Positions 28,278 to 37,306 of a stretch of DNA of 64,000 bases are shown here, piece after piece. The position numbers and the translations under genes are program-made. The first letter of the stretch is position 1; every line of letters begins with the position of its first letter. The notes beneath the pieces are model-generated. The model saw only the letters and a program-made list of their open reading frames with translations, did no database searches and had not been told where the DNA came from. Origin of the DNA: a virus; IMG/VR virus record IMGVR_UViG_3300050343_000199, positions 96,001 to 160,000 of that record. One strand, 5' to 3'.

Positions 28278-29408
28278 ATGGCAGTACCAACAAATACAAA
28301 TTTTCCTCTCGGATCTAGAACAATAGACCCGGATACTAATAAAGTATACATGCTAACCGGAAGGAAAGATTCAAAAAGATGGACTCTAACTGATGTAAAC
28401 GCTAGAAGTGCTAAAAATCATTCAATTAATTGGTATAGAACATTTAACTCTGCTGCAGAATTAGATACCGCAACATCTGGTAGTCTATCTGTTGATCCAA
28501 AAAGTAAATATGTACGATATCCGTATAGTTCAGACCTCTTTGCAGAAAATAAAATAAATTACAATACGGATTATGTGTTATTCCAATTCATGGAATACAG
28601 TCCTCCATTTAAAAATAGTGGAGATGGAGGTAATATCCTCGGAGATTATAATCAATCAATAAATGATTTAGAAGCGGTAGAAGTTCAATTAAGAAGTGGT
28701 GGTGTAGCAGGAGTTATACTACCCATGCCTCAAGATTTGAGTACTGAGCAAAAACAAAATTGGAATGGTAAAAAATTTACTAGACTAGGTGCTAGTGCTA
28801 TTAGAGCAGCAGGAGGAGATCTTAGTAAACTAGGAGATAATCTGGATGATGGAGGACTTAAATCAGCACTTGATGCATTAAAAACTTCTGCATTAAATCG
28901 TATTCCGGGTGTTGGTGGTAATTTAAGTATAAATGATATTGCAGGTTCAACTAGAGGTGTAGTTTTAAACCCTAATGCAGAACTACTATACGATTCTCCA
29001 GATTTAAGAGAAATTGGTATGGTATTTAAAATGGTTCCTCAATCAGAAACGGAAGCAAAACAAATTAAAATGATTTGTGATACATTCCGAACCGCTTCAT
29101 TACCAGAGTATGGATCTAAACCAGGAAAGGTTGTACGATTTGAAGCAGAAGGGGCATCGGTTGCATTGGGTTCTTCTAATTGGATTAGAGTTCCAAATCT
29201 ATGTAAGTTTACTTTTATGACAGGATCAGGTGCAAATACTAATATTGCACAATACAAACCATGTGCAATCACCGGAGTACAAGTAAACTACACACCAGAT
29301 GGAACATATGCTACATATGGCGACGGTTCTCCAGTTGCAACAGAAATTACCCTTAAATTTGTAGAAACAAAACTCATATTCAGTAGCGAAATTCAAGCAG
29401 GATTCTAA
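28278..29408 (+). CDS. gp48: gp48 baseplate tail-tube cap
   Basis: LPMP, NPN.ELLY..P.LR, F.F.MVP.S..EA..I..I, VNYTPDG.Y. Confidence 0.9.
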   Translation: MAVPTNTNFPLGSRTIDPDTNKVYMLTGRKDSKRWTLTDVNARSAKNHSINWYRTFNSAAELDTATSGSLSVDPKSKYVRYPYSSDLFAENKINYNTDYVLFQFMEYSPPFKNSGDGGNILGDYNQSINDLEAVEVQLRSGGVAGVILPMPQDLSTEQKQNWNGKKFTRLGASAIRAAGGDLSKLGDNLDDGGLKSALDALKTSALNRIPGVGGNLSINDIAGSTRGVVLNPNAELLYDSPDLREIGMVFKMVPQSETEAKQIKMICDTFRTASLPEYGSKPGKVVRFEAEGASVALGSSNWIRVPNLCKFTFMTGSGANTNIAQYKPCAITGVQVNYTPDGTYATYGDGSPVATEITLKFVETKLIFSSEIQAGF

Positions 29409-30076
29409 TGTATTTTTCTCTTATTCCCGATATTAAATACGATATAAAACCAATCAGTTATCCGTTTACGGAATCTGATTACATTACTGCAAAGAATTTC
29501 TTTCGTAGATTTAAAGTCAACAAAGATCTATTTGATTATAGTACATATTATACAAAGTATACAATAACAGACAGTGATAGATTAGATACTATATCCAATG
29601 ATTTTTATGGTGATACTAGTTATGATTGGGTAATTGTATTAACAAATAATTTAATCAATCCATTATTTTCCACCCCTGTATCAACTACTGTTCTACAAAA
29701 ATATACTGAAGATAAGTATGGAGATGAGGCATACTCAGGTACTCATCACTATGTGACATTTGAAGTTGCATCAGGTCAAGTAATTGATGGGATTGCAGTT
29801 AATGCACTAGAAGAGGGAATTGTTGTTGATAAAACGTTTTACGATGCCCCATTTGAATATTGGAATGGATCTCAGTTAGTAACTATTCCAGGAAGTACTG
29901 TTTGTAGAGAAGTATCTAACTACGAATATGAAACTGATGAAAATGAAAAGAAAAGAGAAATTTTTATGCTAAGACCAGCATACTTTACCAGATTTGTAGA
30001 AGAATTTAAATCCGTAAACAAATATGCAGAGTCTTCAGACTTCATAACAGAGAAACTAAAAAAGGTCGCAGTTTAA
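29408..30076 (+). CDS. gp53: gp53 baseplate wedge
   Basis: MYFSLIPDI.Y, DRLDTIS..FYG...YDWVI.L.N, HHY, NE.KR.I. Confidence 0.92.
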   Translation: MYFSLIPDIKYDIKPISYPFTESDYITAKNFFRRFKVNKDLFDYSTYYTKYTITDSDRLDTISNDFYGDTSYDWVIVLTNNLINPLFSTPVSTTVLQKYTEDKYGDEAYSGTHHYVTFEVASGQVIDGIAVNALEEGIVVDKTFYDAPFEYWNGSQLVTIPGSTVCREVSNYEYETDENEKKREIFMLRPAYFTRFVEEFKSVNKYAESSDFITEKLKKVAV

Positions 30077-30133
30077 CGCGACCTTTTGAGTAAAAAATAT
30101 GCCGGGAAAATTTTCCCGGTTTTATGAAACTAA

Positions 30134-30328
30134 CTAATCCAATTCGTAGCAAGCAGACCTTGCTAGTCCTGGATTTTTTTTCAGTGCTCTATGAACATGA
30201 CCATGCACATCAGTTTCTAAAGTGTGATGTGCTTTGGTGTGGACTACCTGAATCAATCCCAAGGTCCCAACAAATAGTAAGTTCAATACTGTCACGGGGT
30301 GGAAGATAACAGAAGCAATCTTTTTCAC
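30134..30328 (-). CDS. Small membrane protein
   Basis: ORF track; one hydrophobic segment; GTG start overlaps the upstream stop. Confidence 0.65.
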   Translation of the reverse strand: MKKIASVIFHPVTVLNLLFVGTLGLIQVVHTKAHHTLETDVHGHVHRALKKNPGLARSACYELD

Positions 30329-30441
30329 TTGATGAATTTATCCATTCTCAATTTAACATAATACATTCCGATGACCCATACGGAGAAGAGGAACCCCTCC
30401 CCGTAGGACATGGAGTTCCAAGCGTGTACTGCTTCTCCCAT
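30325..30441 (-). CDS. Small membrane peptide (38 aa)
   Basis: Read manually: MGEAVHAWNSMSYGEGFLFSVWVIGMYYVKLRMDKFIK*; start overlaps the gp32 stop. Confidence 0.65.
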   Translation of the reverse strand: MGEAVHAWNSMSYGEGFLFSVWVIGMYYVKLRMDKFIK

Positions 30442-31364
30442 CACTCCTCTGCAAGACGTGCAAAGTAGGACAGGGCATCATCATCCTCAACGATTGCCTC
30501 TTCCTTGACAGGAGAGGGAGCACTCATCTGCTGACGGAAAGAAGATCCACCAGTGATGTCAGGATCGTTGAACCCACCAGTAGCAGCGACTGGTTCATAC
30601 TCTTCACTGTCTACTGTAGGAGCAGCAGTGCGTTGAGTGATACCAAGTACCATGTTCAAACGCTTCTCAAGATCTTCATAAGACTTGAACTGATCTTTGT
30701 GAGTGAATGCCTCAAGGGAATGCTCACTCTTCCAGATTGCTTCTAGTTGATCATCATCAGCTGACAGAGCAGAGACAGAATCAAACTCAGAAGAATCATA
30801 GTTCCAGTAACCTGCAACTTTCTTGATCTTCAGTTTAAAGTTAGCACCTTCCCAAAGGTCAAAGACATTAGTTGGTGTCTCATCTTGGAACTCAGGTTGC
30901 ATCGCAGCGAGGATCTTGTCATGGATCTTCTTGCCATACTTATAGAGGAAGACTTTACCTTCGTTCTCAGGGTGCTTAGGATCCTTCACAACATAGATGT
31001 TGCTGTAGTATTGAAGCTTACGCTTCTGCTTACGAGCAGTCTCTTTGTCTTCATCTGCACCGCTGTTCCAGAGACGGCGGTTCACTTCACCAACGGGATC
31101 CTTCTCGTTGAGTGTAGTCAGAGAGTTTTCAATGTACCAACCACCAACACCTTGGAAGGCGTGGGAGTATAGTTTTGCCCAAGGAAGGGTTTGACCTTCT
31201 GGGGCAGGGAGGAAACGGATAACAGCGTATCCATTTCCAGAAGCGTCAACCTCTGGTTTCCAGAAACGTTCATCAACGTTCTTACCGCTGGATGATTTCT
31301 CTAGTTCCTTTTGAAGGAAGTCAAAGTTGGTCTGGGATTTACGCTTAAGGTCTGCAAAAGACAT
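30441..31364 (-). CDS. gp32: gp32 single-stranded DNA-binding protein
   Basis: D.RFWK...D..GNG.AVIRFLP, WYIENS, GANFKLKI, acidic C-terminus. Confidence 0.97.
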   Translation of the reverse strand: MSFADLKRKSQTNFDFLQKELEKSSSGKNVDERFWKPEVDASGNGYAVIRFLPAPEGQTLPWAKLYSHAFQGVGGWYIENSLTTLNEKDPVGEVNRRLWNSGADEDKETARKQKRKLQYYSNIYVVKDPKHPENEGKVFLYKYGKKIHDKILAAMQPEFQDETPTNVFDLWEGANFKLKIKKVAGYWNYDSSEFDSVSALSADDDQLEAIWKSEHSLEAFTHKDQFKSYEDLEKRLNMVLGITQRTAAPTVDSEEYEPVAATGGFNDPDITGGSSFRQQMSAPSPVKEEAIVEDDDALSYFARLAEE

Positions 31365-31417
31365 AGGATTTTTAGATTGAATTGGATTTGGTTTGTGTGA
31401 TGCCCTATCACTTAGTC

Positions 31418-31446
31418 ATTATAACAGGCACAGAGTCAGGCGTCAA
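31418..31446 (-). promoter_or_regulatory. Sigma70-type promoter for gp32
   Basis: TTGACG-17 nt-TATAAT. Confidence 0.85.
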
Positions 31447-31787
31447 CTCTCTGTGCCGCTTTTAAGAATGTCTTTAAACTCACGGACTTTACCGAGCAGT
31501 TCATCAAACATATCAGTTGCTCGTAAATTTTCATCACCGCCAAGCAAAACGACTGCTTGTTTAATACTTTCTGCCACAGATTTTGCTTCAGGATCATCAC
31601 TCAAGCAAACTCGTGCATGAAAGATTTTCTGCTTTTCAATTAGCAATTCTAAAGCATCAAAGTATTCTAGTTTTCTATCGTAATCCAAGAGATTTAAATT
31701 CATTGCACAGCGGAAGCAAAACTCCTGCAGTGATGTCATCTCTTGGATCTCTCCTCTTACTAGTTCGGATTTAAAAAATTCACTCAT
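31443..31787 (-). CDS. Conserved hypothetical protein (DUF1825-like)
   Basis: FFKSELV..E, L.EKQKIF..R..LSDDPEA pattern. Confidence 0.7.
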   Translation of the reverse strand: MSEFFKSELVRGEIQEMTSLQEFCFRCAMNLNLLDYDRKLEYFDALELLIEKQKIFHARVCLSDDPEAKSVAESIKQAVVLLGGDENLRATDMFDELLGKVREFKDILKSGTES

Positions 31788-32041
31788 CAGACTAACATTA
31801 ATTTTGCTCTGGACGTTTTTTTAATGAAGTTTAACTTCTGTGCCTCGCATTTTAGTTTTTCTTTTAATGGTTTTGAAATCAGTTTAGATACAGATTCAAC
31901 TTCAATTTCATTGATATCACATAGGTGTAGTACAGCATCAATATAATTCATATCTAAATTAGTGAGTGCTATTTTTTCTACCTCTTGAGAGAACTTCGCG
32001 CTTGTCATAAATTTATCTGCTAGTAGATTCTTTTTTTCCAT
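31787..32041 (-). CDS. gp33: gp33 late transcription co-activator
   Basis: FS.EVEKI, YIDAV...C....IEVESV.KLI.KPLKEKL..EA..LNF. Confidence 0.85.
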   Translation of the reverse strand: MEKKNLLADKFMTSAKFSQEVEKIALTNLDMNYIDAVLHLCDINEIEVESVSKLISKPLKEKLKCEAQKLNFIKKTSRAKLMLV

Positions 32042-32711
32042 ATCGGGTTTGGTATTCGTCTATGTACTGGATTAGTTTGAGCAAGTATTCTTTTTTGGGA
32101 GGAGTGACATGCACTTGCGTCTCTCCATTTTCACATGCAACAATAGTAACGAGTTGCTTTACGGTAATACCGTAAAGTTCTTGCAAACAACATGCATATG
32201 CAGTTTCTTGCACCAAATAGTCGTACAAATAAGCTTCTCTTTTTGGTTCAGCAGAAGTCTTGAAGTCAATGATAGAAAGAACTCCATCAAATTCCGCAAT
32301 ACAATCAACACGACCCGCAACTTCAAGTTGGTCGGAGTATAATGCTGCTTCCTGTAGGTAAATATTATTTATACGGTCCAAAACAGACCGAGAATGCTGG
32401 AACATTAGTACAGGTAAAGGAAACTTACTGTACTTTTTTAAGTCCAAATTATTATTAAAATAATCTTCAGCAATAGCGTGATACTTAGTTCCACGTCCAG
32501 AAGATCGTGCAGAAATATTTGCTGCCTTCTCTTTACCAACTCTCGCTCGCCATTTAGCAAGACCAGCTTGCTTCTTAGCGTTATTGCCAATCACAGTGGT
32601 GATTGACGGATAATGATTACCGGATGGTGTATAGTAGACACGCTTTCCATCTACCATCTCAGCATTCATTTCAATAGGTGTCACATCACCAACATGATTA
32701 AACAAATTCAT
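32013..32711 (-). CDS. PD-(D/E)xK exonuclease
   Basis: YPSITTV, RGT.YH, AGRVDCIAEFDG.LSIIDFKTS, Q..AYA. Confidence 0.88.
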   Translation of the reverse strand: MNLFNHVGDVTPIEMNAEMVDGKRVYYTPSGNHYPSITTVIGNNAKKQAGLAKWRARVGKEKAANISARSSGRGTKYHAIAEDYFNNNLDLKKYSKFPLPVLMFQHSRSVLDRINNIYLQEAALYSDQLEVAGRVDCIAEFDGVLSIIDFKTSAEPKREAYLYDYLVQETAYACCLQELYGITVKQLVTIVACENGETQVHVTPPKKEYLLKLIQYIDEYQTRYGKKESTSR

Positions 32712-33461
32712 TTATAGACCAAGAGATAATTTACTAACAAGATATGCTTTGACAAGTCCGGAGCGAACAATATCTTCCACTCCAAACTCAATCATAGAAA
32801 ACTCTTCCATGTTCTCTAAGATTCTTTGGAAGTCAAGAATACCATTACGTTCATTTGTTTTCTGCAAATCAGATTGGTTTACATCTCCACAGAAACAGAT
32901 CTTACTGTCCTGTCCGATACGTGTCATGATACTATCAAGTTCATGGAAGTTTAGATTCTGACACTCATCAACAATAACGATTGCATTATCTAGAGTAGTA
33001 CCACGGAGGAATGAAGTAGACCAGAATGAAATTGTTTCCTGTGCTTTAAGATTTTCATAAAGCATTTCAAAACTATTATCATCTGGCATCTCAAACATAT
33101 GCTTTACCATATTCTTGTATGGAATTTGATAAAGAGATGCTTTGTCATCATGAGTTCCAGGGAGGAATCCAATTTCTCTAGTTGCTACAAGAGAACGAAC
33201 AATATATACTTTTTCAAAAGGAGAATTCTCATTTAGAATATCTTTGAGTGCTAGGTACAAGGCAATGAAAGTTTTACCTGTTCCTGCTGCACCATATGCA
33301 AACATGTTCTTTCCTTCTGCCCACTCGGTGAAGAAAACTTCTTGGTTATCTGTTAGGGATTCAATCTCAAGAAGATATGCTTCGTTGATTGGCTTCCTGC
33401 GCTTAAGTTGTTTCTTAGACATCCCTTGTCCGGGTGTCCGATTTGATCTTCCTCTAGCCAT
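32712..33461 (-). CDS. phoH: PhoH family ATPase
   Basis: GAAGTGKTF, REIGFLPG, RG.TLD, DECQN, IVRSGLV. Confidence 0.95.
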   Translation of the reverse strand: MARGRSNRTPGQGMSKKQLKRRKPINEAYLLEIESLTDNQEVFFTEWAEGKNMFAYGAAGTGKTFIALYLALKDILNENSPFEKVYIVRSLVATREIGFLPGTHDDKASLYQIPYKNMVKHMFEMPDDNSFEMLYENLKAQETISFWSTSFLRGTTLDNAIVIVDECQNLNFHELDSIMTRIGQDSKICFCGDVNQSDLQKTNERNGILDFQRILENMEEFSMIEFGVEDIVRSGLVKAYLVSKLSLGL

Positions 33462-33464
33462 AAT

Positions 33465-33728
33465 TTACCATTGATACCCATCTTTGTGTTTGGTGGACAT
33501 ACCGTAACCGGGTGCCTCTTTTACTTTAGACATGACATCTTTCCAACCGGGGTGAGACTTAGACATTTTATCACGCCAGTCACCGGCTTCACCAGCACTA
33601 GCACAACCTTTTGACCAATCTTTATCCCAATCAGGGTTCTCTTCTTTCCATACCATGTAATCTTTCATAGACATATGAAGTTCTTTTTCTTCACCTGTCG
33701 TGAGATTTTTAACTGGATAAGTCGGCAT
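33465..33728 (-). CDS. Conserved cyanophage hypothetical protein (MPTYP family)
   Basis: MPTYPVKNL.TGE..E..MSM..Y..WKE.NPDW. Confidence 0.75.
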   Translation of the reverse strand: MPTYPVKNLTTGEEKELHMSMKDYMVWKEENPDWDKDWSKGCASAGEAGDWRDKMSKSHPGWKDVMSKVKEAPGYGMSTKHKDGYQW

Positions 33729-33936
33729 CTTCCCCCTCCTTCTTTTTATTAAATCCAAATGGACCCGCTAGTTTTTCTTCTAGTGCTACCTTTAATGCAA
33801 CACCACCAATCGCTTCCATAACTTTAAGGACTTGCTCAGGTTTGGCATCCTCCCCCAGTTCCTTAGCGATGTACCAATACTTAGGCCAGAATGTTTCGCC
33901 TGCTTTTTGATAGTCTTCAAGTGTTAATAGTTTCAT
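33709..33936 (-). CDS. Conserved hypothetical protein
   Basis: MKLLTLEDYQKAGETFWPKYWY; ATGA overlap with the thyX stop. Confidence 0.75.
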   Translation of the reverse strand: MKLLTLEDYQKAGETFWPKYWYIAKELGEDAKPEQVLKVMEAIGGVALKVALEEKLAGPFGFNKKKEGEDADLSS

Positions 33937-34571
33937 GTCCACTCCAGTGCTTCAGCACAAATAGGTAATTCTTTCACAAAGACATCGCGACATTGTAATG
34001 CGATATCCATATGTTCTTTCTGCGTTCCATTAGCAGAACGCAATTGGATATAATGAATCCATGAGCGGACTGAGCCCGTCATATAGATTTTGGTTGGTAC
34101 GGCAAGAGGAAGTACAAAACGAGCACACTCCTTTGCAATATTTCTATCAAGCATTTCTTGATAGAGTTTCATTCCCTCATCAAAATGAGCTTTCATTTTA
34201 ATTTGAAACTCTTGACGGGTAAACGCATCAATATCATCAATAGAATTCTGACGATTCTTGGTGTCTTGACGCCGAAGTTCTGGAAGAGGAATTGTATCTG
34301 CAAGCATAGAACTGTCAGCATACCGTTGAGAAAACTCTTGATATGTGAAACTCCTATGACGAAGGATTTGAGCCGCTAGACCCCGCGTGGTTTCAATCTC
34401 AAGCGTCATGTGTGCCTGCTCAAAGACGCTCCAATGGTTGTGTTTGATGCAATAGGATAGCAGACCAGCGACCTTAGGGTTCTCCTGGTTGTTCGGGTTG
34501 CTCACCCTCGCTACGTATCCCATCATCTTCTCCGCATCGGGAGTCACTGTTATGAGTTTCACTGAATTCAT
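33933..34571 (-). CDS. thyX: Flavin-dependent thymidylate synthase
   Basis: HWSVFE, QILRHRSFTYQEFSQRY, ARFVLP, QKEH motifs. Confidence 0.97.
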   Translation of the reverse strand: MNSVKLITVTPDAEKMMGYVARVSNPNNQENPKVAGLLSYCIKHNHWSVFEQAHMTLEIETTRGLAAQILRHRSFTYQEFSQRYADSSMLADTIPLPELRRQDTKNRQNSIDDIDAFTRQEFQIKMKAHFDEGMKLYQEMLDRNIAKECARFVLPLAVPTKIYMTGSVRSWIHYIQLRSANGTQKEHMDIALQCRDVFVKELPICAEALEWT

Positions 34572-34746
34572 TACTAAAACCTTTCTCCTGTTTGCGACGT
34601 TGTTGTTTGAGTTTCAATGCTATCTTAGCACGAGTTAATTGAATTACCATGTAAGAAATCTCTTCTGCTGTATACAGATTTGGATTTGTCTTTGCTTCTT
34701 TGATTGCTTTTTTTGCTAATCTAATTTGATCTTTTAGTCGGGTCAT
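34474..34746 (-). CDS. Basic hypothetical protein; 3' end overlaps thyX
   Basis: Start MTRLKDQIRLAKKA at 34746. Confidence 0.55.
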   Translation of the reverse strand: MTRLKDQIRLAKKAIKEAKTNPNLYTAEEISYMVIQLTRAKIALKLKQQRRKQEKGFSNEFSETHNSDSRCGEDDGIRSEGEQPEQPGEP

Positions 34747-34957
34747 AGTACGCTTTGTAGTAGGCAACAATGCCATCTGTTCTTAGGTTTCCTTGAGATA
34801 CCCAGTCATGAACACATTCATAAATGCTCTGGTTAGAATATCTAGGTGATCCATCAGAGCATATTTCAGATCCAAACTTCTTTAGTAGAATGTTTAGTCC
34901 CTGTGTTCTGATATCCATGCGTTCATCACTGTAGCGCCAATCAGTTGCGATGTCCAT
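34721..34957 (-). CDS. Conserved hypothetical protein
   Basis: DWRYSDERM, IYECVHDWV; sigma70 promoter just upstream. Confidence 0.75.
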   Translation of the reverse strand: MDIATDWRYSDERMDIRTQGLNILLKKFGSEICSDGSPRYSNQSIYECVHDWVSQGNLRTDGIVAYYKAYYDPTKRSN

Positions 34958-34978
34958 AGTTAAATCACAGATGCATAC

Positions 34979-35013
34979 ATTATAACATAAAAAAAGAGGG
35001 GTCGCAACCCCTC
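34979..35013 (-). promoter_or_regulatory. Fused terminator plus sigma70 promoter
   Basis: Hairpin GAGGGG-TTGCGA-CCCCTC-T7; its loop TTGCGA is a -35 box 17 nt from TG-TATAAT. Confidence 0.7.
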
Positions 35014-35020
35014 GTAAAAA

Positions 35021-35185
35021 TTAATCTAAAATACTCCTGCATATTCGTTTGCATTGACGTTGATCTAAAGAATCACATTCAATTAGACACTCATAGTAAT
35101 CATTTAATTTATAATTGTCCTCTTCCTGTGAATTTTCAAAACTCGTCCACTCATTTAACTGAGAACGGGATAAAAGATTGTGCAT
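35021..35185 (-). CDS. Small Cys-containing hypothetical protein
   Basis: MHNLLSR..YYECLIEC....CKRIC; GAGG SD upstream. Confidence 0.75.
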   Translation of the reverse strand: MHNLLSRSQLNEWTSFENSQEEDNYKLNDYYECLIECDSLDQRQCKRICRSILD

Positions 35186-35328
35186 TGAACACCTCGTAAC
35201 ATAGAACACATAATAAAGTGAGGGCGTGGGTTCATTGGTTCTCCTCTAATTCTACCACTATTTAATAGAATTATATTGAAATCAACACCTGTTGTAAAGA
35301 ATATTATTGCCTACTAGTTTATACTCAT

Positions 35329-35355
35329 AAAAAAAGAGAGGGGTTAACCCTCTCC
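35329..35355 (-). terminator. Terminator downstream of the DUF4278-like gene
   Basis: GGAGAGGG-TTAA-CCCCTCTCT followed by T-tract. Confidence 0.75.
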
Positions 35356-35369
35356 CTAAAGTAAGTTGT

Positions 35370-35537
35370 TCACTTGGTGTAAAGTTTACCACGATAACAG
35401 AATGTACCATGGGTCTCTTTGGATTCTACACAACGTGTATTATACTCAACACCACGATATGAGGTGTGAGTAATTTGTGCGTCGTGAAGTGCAGATGCTT
35501 TGTTGATCTGCTTACGAATCAGATTAAGTGTGTTCAT
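35370..35537 (-). CDS. DUF4278-like small protein (55 aa)
   Basis: Read manually: MNTLNLIRKQINKASALHDAQITHTSYRGVEY...FCYRGKLYTK*; two YRG..Y motifs; AGGAG SD. Confidence 0.8.
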   Translation of the reverse strand: MNTLNLIRKQINKASALHDAQITHTSYRGVEYNTRCVESKETHGTFCYRGKLYTK

Positions 35538-35569
35538 TGTAGTTACTCCTAAAGTAGTTGGAATTTAAT

Positions 35570-35753
35570 CCGTTCCTTTAGTCGTTTGCGTCCCATGGAT
35601 AGCAATCGGGGGTTGATTCCTTCATAACTTCAATCAATTCCACCTTCATTTCAGGAGGAATATTCTCATTTGTTTTCATCCGAAACATAATTGAATCGGC
35701 TTGAGCACATGAGAGTGTTGTATAGAATAATAATTCTAGCATGGGATGAACGG
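35570..35753 (-). ncRNA. Glutamine riboswitch (glnA-type) aptamer 2 with ~140-nt expanded P2 loop
   Basis: CCGTTC-A-TCCCATG...CATGGGA-CGCAAACGACTAAA-GGAACGG. Confidence 0.75.
35578..35742 (-). CDS. 54-aa ORF nested in the riboswitch P2 loop
   Basis: Read manually: MLELLFYTTLSCAQADSIMFRMKTNENIPPEMKVELIEVMKESTPDCYPWDAND*. Confidence 0.7.
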   Translation of the reverse strand: MLELLFYTTLSCAQADSIMFRMKTNENIPPEMKVELIEVMKESTPDCYPWDAND

Positions 35754-35755
35754 CT

Positions 35756-35802
35756 CCGTTCCGCGACTTACTTGCGTCCCACCCAAGAGTGGGATGAACG
35801 AT
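35756..35802 (-). ncRNA. Glutamine riboswitch (glnA-type) aptamer 1
   Basis: ATCGTTC-A-TCCCAC-TCTTGG-GTGGGA-CGCAAGTAAGTCGC-GGAACG; begins at the predicted TSS. Confidence 0.8.
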
Positions 35803-35808
35803 GGTATT

Positions 35809-35837
35809 AGTATACCATACTATGTATATGATGTCAA
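35809..35837 (-). promoter_or_regulatory. Sigma70 promoter driving the riboswitch transcript
   Basis: TTGACA-17 nt-TATACT; +1 falls at ~35802. Confidence 0.9.
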
Positions 35838-35856
35838 CTGTATCTGTTGATACTGT

Positions 35857-36105
35857 TTACTTTTTGGGTGCTTTCCAAAGGCGAGGACTTATCCTACCTT
35901 CTGCCTGTGACATATTTTTAAAATCTGTCTTATAATTATCCCAATAGTCATCAAAAATATCTACTTGCTTTGCAGCAGTAACAATATCAAACTGAGAAAT
36001 ACCTGCTTGAGAATACTCAATTAAAAAAGCATTAGTAGGAAGACTTTTGTCTTGTGCTAATGATGGATCACAATTTTTATGTAAAATCGTACATCCTTTT
36101 CCCAT
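35857..36105 (-). CDS. Conserved hypothetical protein
   Basis: MGKGC.ILH.NCDP..A.DKSLP..AFL; start overlaps the upstream stop. Confidence 0.75.
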   Translation of the reverse strand: MGKGCTILHKNCDPSLAQDKSLPTNAFLIEYSQAGISQFDIVTAAKQVDIFDDYWDNYKTDFKNMSQAEGRISPRLWKAPKK

Positions 36106-36536
36106 TATGATCGTCCTCCCCATTGAATCTCTGGAAATGCTTGTTCAACACACTGCTTAGTGATCTTCCAACGCTTCCCAAGTTTTTTATCCTTTGCTAG
36201 AACCAAAACTCCTGCTTCTCCTTGACTGAGACCTTCCAGCATTTGGATAAACATAGTTTCACGTTTTGTTTTAGCAATATTAGACCCACCTTTAAAGAAG
36301 TGATGTAATAAACGTGCTTCTTTTTCTAAGATTGTATGCTCAGTTCCATCAGGAGATTCATTCTTTTTGTATGGAGGATCTCCTTCTGGAAGCAATGAGA
36401 TAATACTCTCATCAAAATTAATAATCAAAAGAGATCGCAACGGTTGTGTGTTGTATTCTCTAAGAAGTTTAATCTTTTCGGGTTTCGTTTTTGCGTTTGA
36501 TACTTTCTGTAGTATCTCATGCATCAAAAGTTTCAT
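36105..36536 (-). CDS. Conserved T4-like-phage hypothetical protein
   Basis: EIL.KVS..KTK.EKI..L, LPEG.PPY, RE.MFIQMLEGL motifs. Confidence 0.85.
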   Translation of the reverse strand: MKLLMHEILQKVSNAKTKPEKIKLLREYNTQPLRSLLIINFDESIISLLPEGDPPYKKNESPDGTEHTILEKEARLLHHFFKGGSNIAKTKRETMFIQMLEGLSQGEAGVLVLAKDKKLGKRWKITKQCVEQAFPEIQWGGRS

Positions 36537-36750
36537 CTGGTTCTTCCTCTATAAATCTCACGGATAAAAGTTCTTCGTTAATAATCATACCATCACCATC
36601 ATACATTTCTGGATGCATTGCCTGCATCTCTTCTTTAGAATAGAAGTAGTCATGCATGAACTGCTTTCCTACCCACCCTACGACAAGTCCGACACATAAG
36701 AACAAAAAAGATGCGGTTGCCGAGAAAAATAGGATTGTTGCCGTTTCCAT
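36517..36750 (-). CDS. Small membrane protein
   Basis: N-terminal TM segment, HPEMYD motif. Confidence 0.75.
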   Translation of the reverse strand: METATILFFSATASFLFLCVGLVVGWVGKQFMHDYFYSKEEMQAMHPEMYDGDGMIINEELLSVRFIEEEPDETFDA

Positions 36751-36769
36751 TGTTCAACTCCTTAGTGGT

Positions 36770-36898
36770 TTAGTTACGTTCCCACCTCAGTTCAACGTTA
36801 AAATATAACTTACGTTTGAGGAGGGTGATCGTTTTCGTTAACCCAAACCCACCCTTGGGTTTAAGTGATGAATCTTTCGGTTTAGCCCTCCTTAACAT
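36770..36898 (-). CDS. Small basic hypothetical protein
   Basis: MLRRAKPK...; late box ATAAATA at 36913-36919. Confidence 0.55.
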   Translation of the reverse strand: MLRRAKPKDSSLKPKGGFGLTKTITLLKRKLYFNVELRWERN

Positions 36899-36929
36899 GA
36901 GCTCTATGCCTTTATTTATGTGAAGATCA

Positions 36930-37181
36930 TCACCCTTTCTTGGTTGAGACATATCCATTCTTAACAAGGTACTTTGCTACGTTAACTAATCCACCATGTT
37001 CTACTCCATCAATAATAACATGAGGAAACCCTAGGGCGTTAGGATACTTCATCCTAAAATCACTTCTCTCAGAAGGAGAATCAACTAAAGATGTCTCGTA
37101 TTCTAATTCAGCTCTCTTAAACAATTCTTTTAGTTGATCGCAATAAAAACATCCTTTAGATGTGTACGCTTTGATCTCCAT
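36930..37181 (-). CDS. nrdC: Glutaredoxin (CFYC)
   Basis: YTSKGCFYC, FPHVIIDG..HGG. Confidence 0.9.
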   Translation of the reverse strand: MEIKAYTSKGCFYCDQLKELFKRAELEYETSLVDSPSERSDFRMKYPNALGFPHVIIDGVEHGGLVNVAKYLVKNGYVSTKKG

Positions 37182-37278
37182 AAGATATGAGCATTAAACT
37201 AATTAAGTATACCATAAAAACTTTTTTGTGTCAAATTTTGCCAGAGAAATTTTTACGAGTTTAAGGAAATCAAATACT

Positions 37279-37300
37279 AAAAAAGGGTCAAAGGACCCTT
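37279..37300 (-). terminator. Terminator
   Basis: AAGGGTC-CTTT-GACCCTT followed by T-tract. Confidence 0.8.
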
Positions 37301-37306
37301 GATGTA

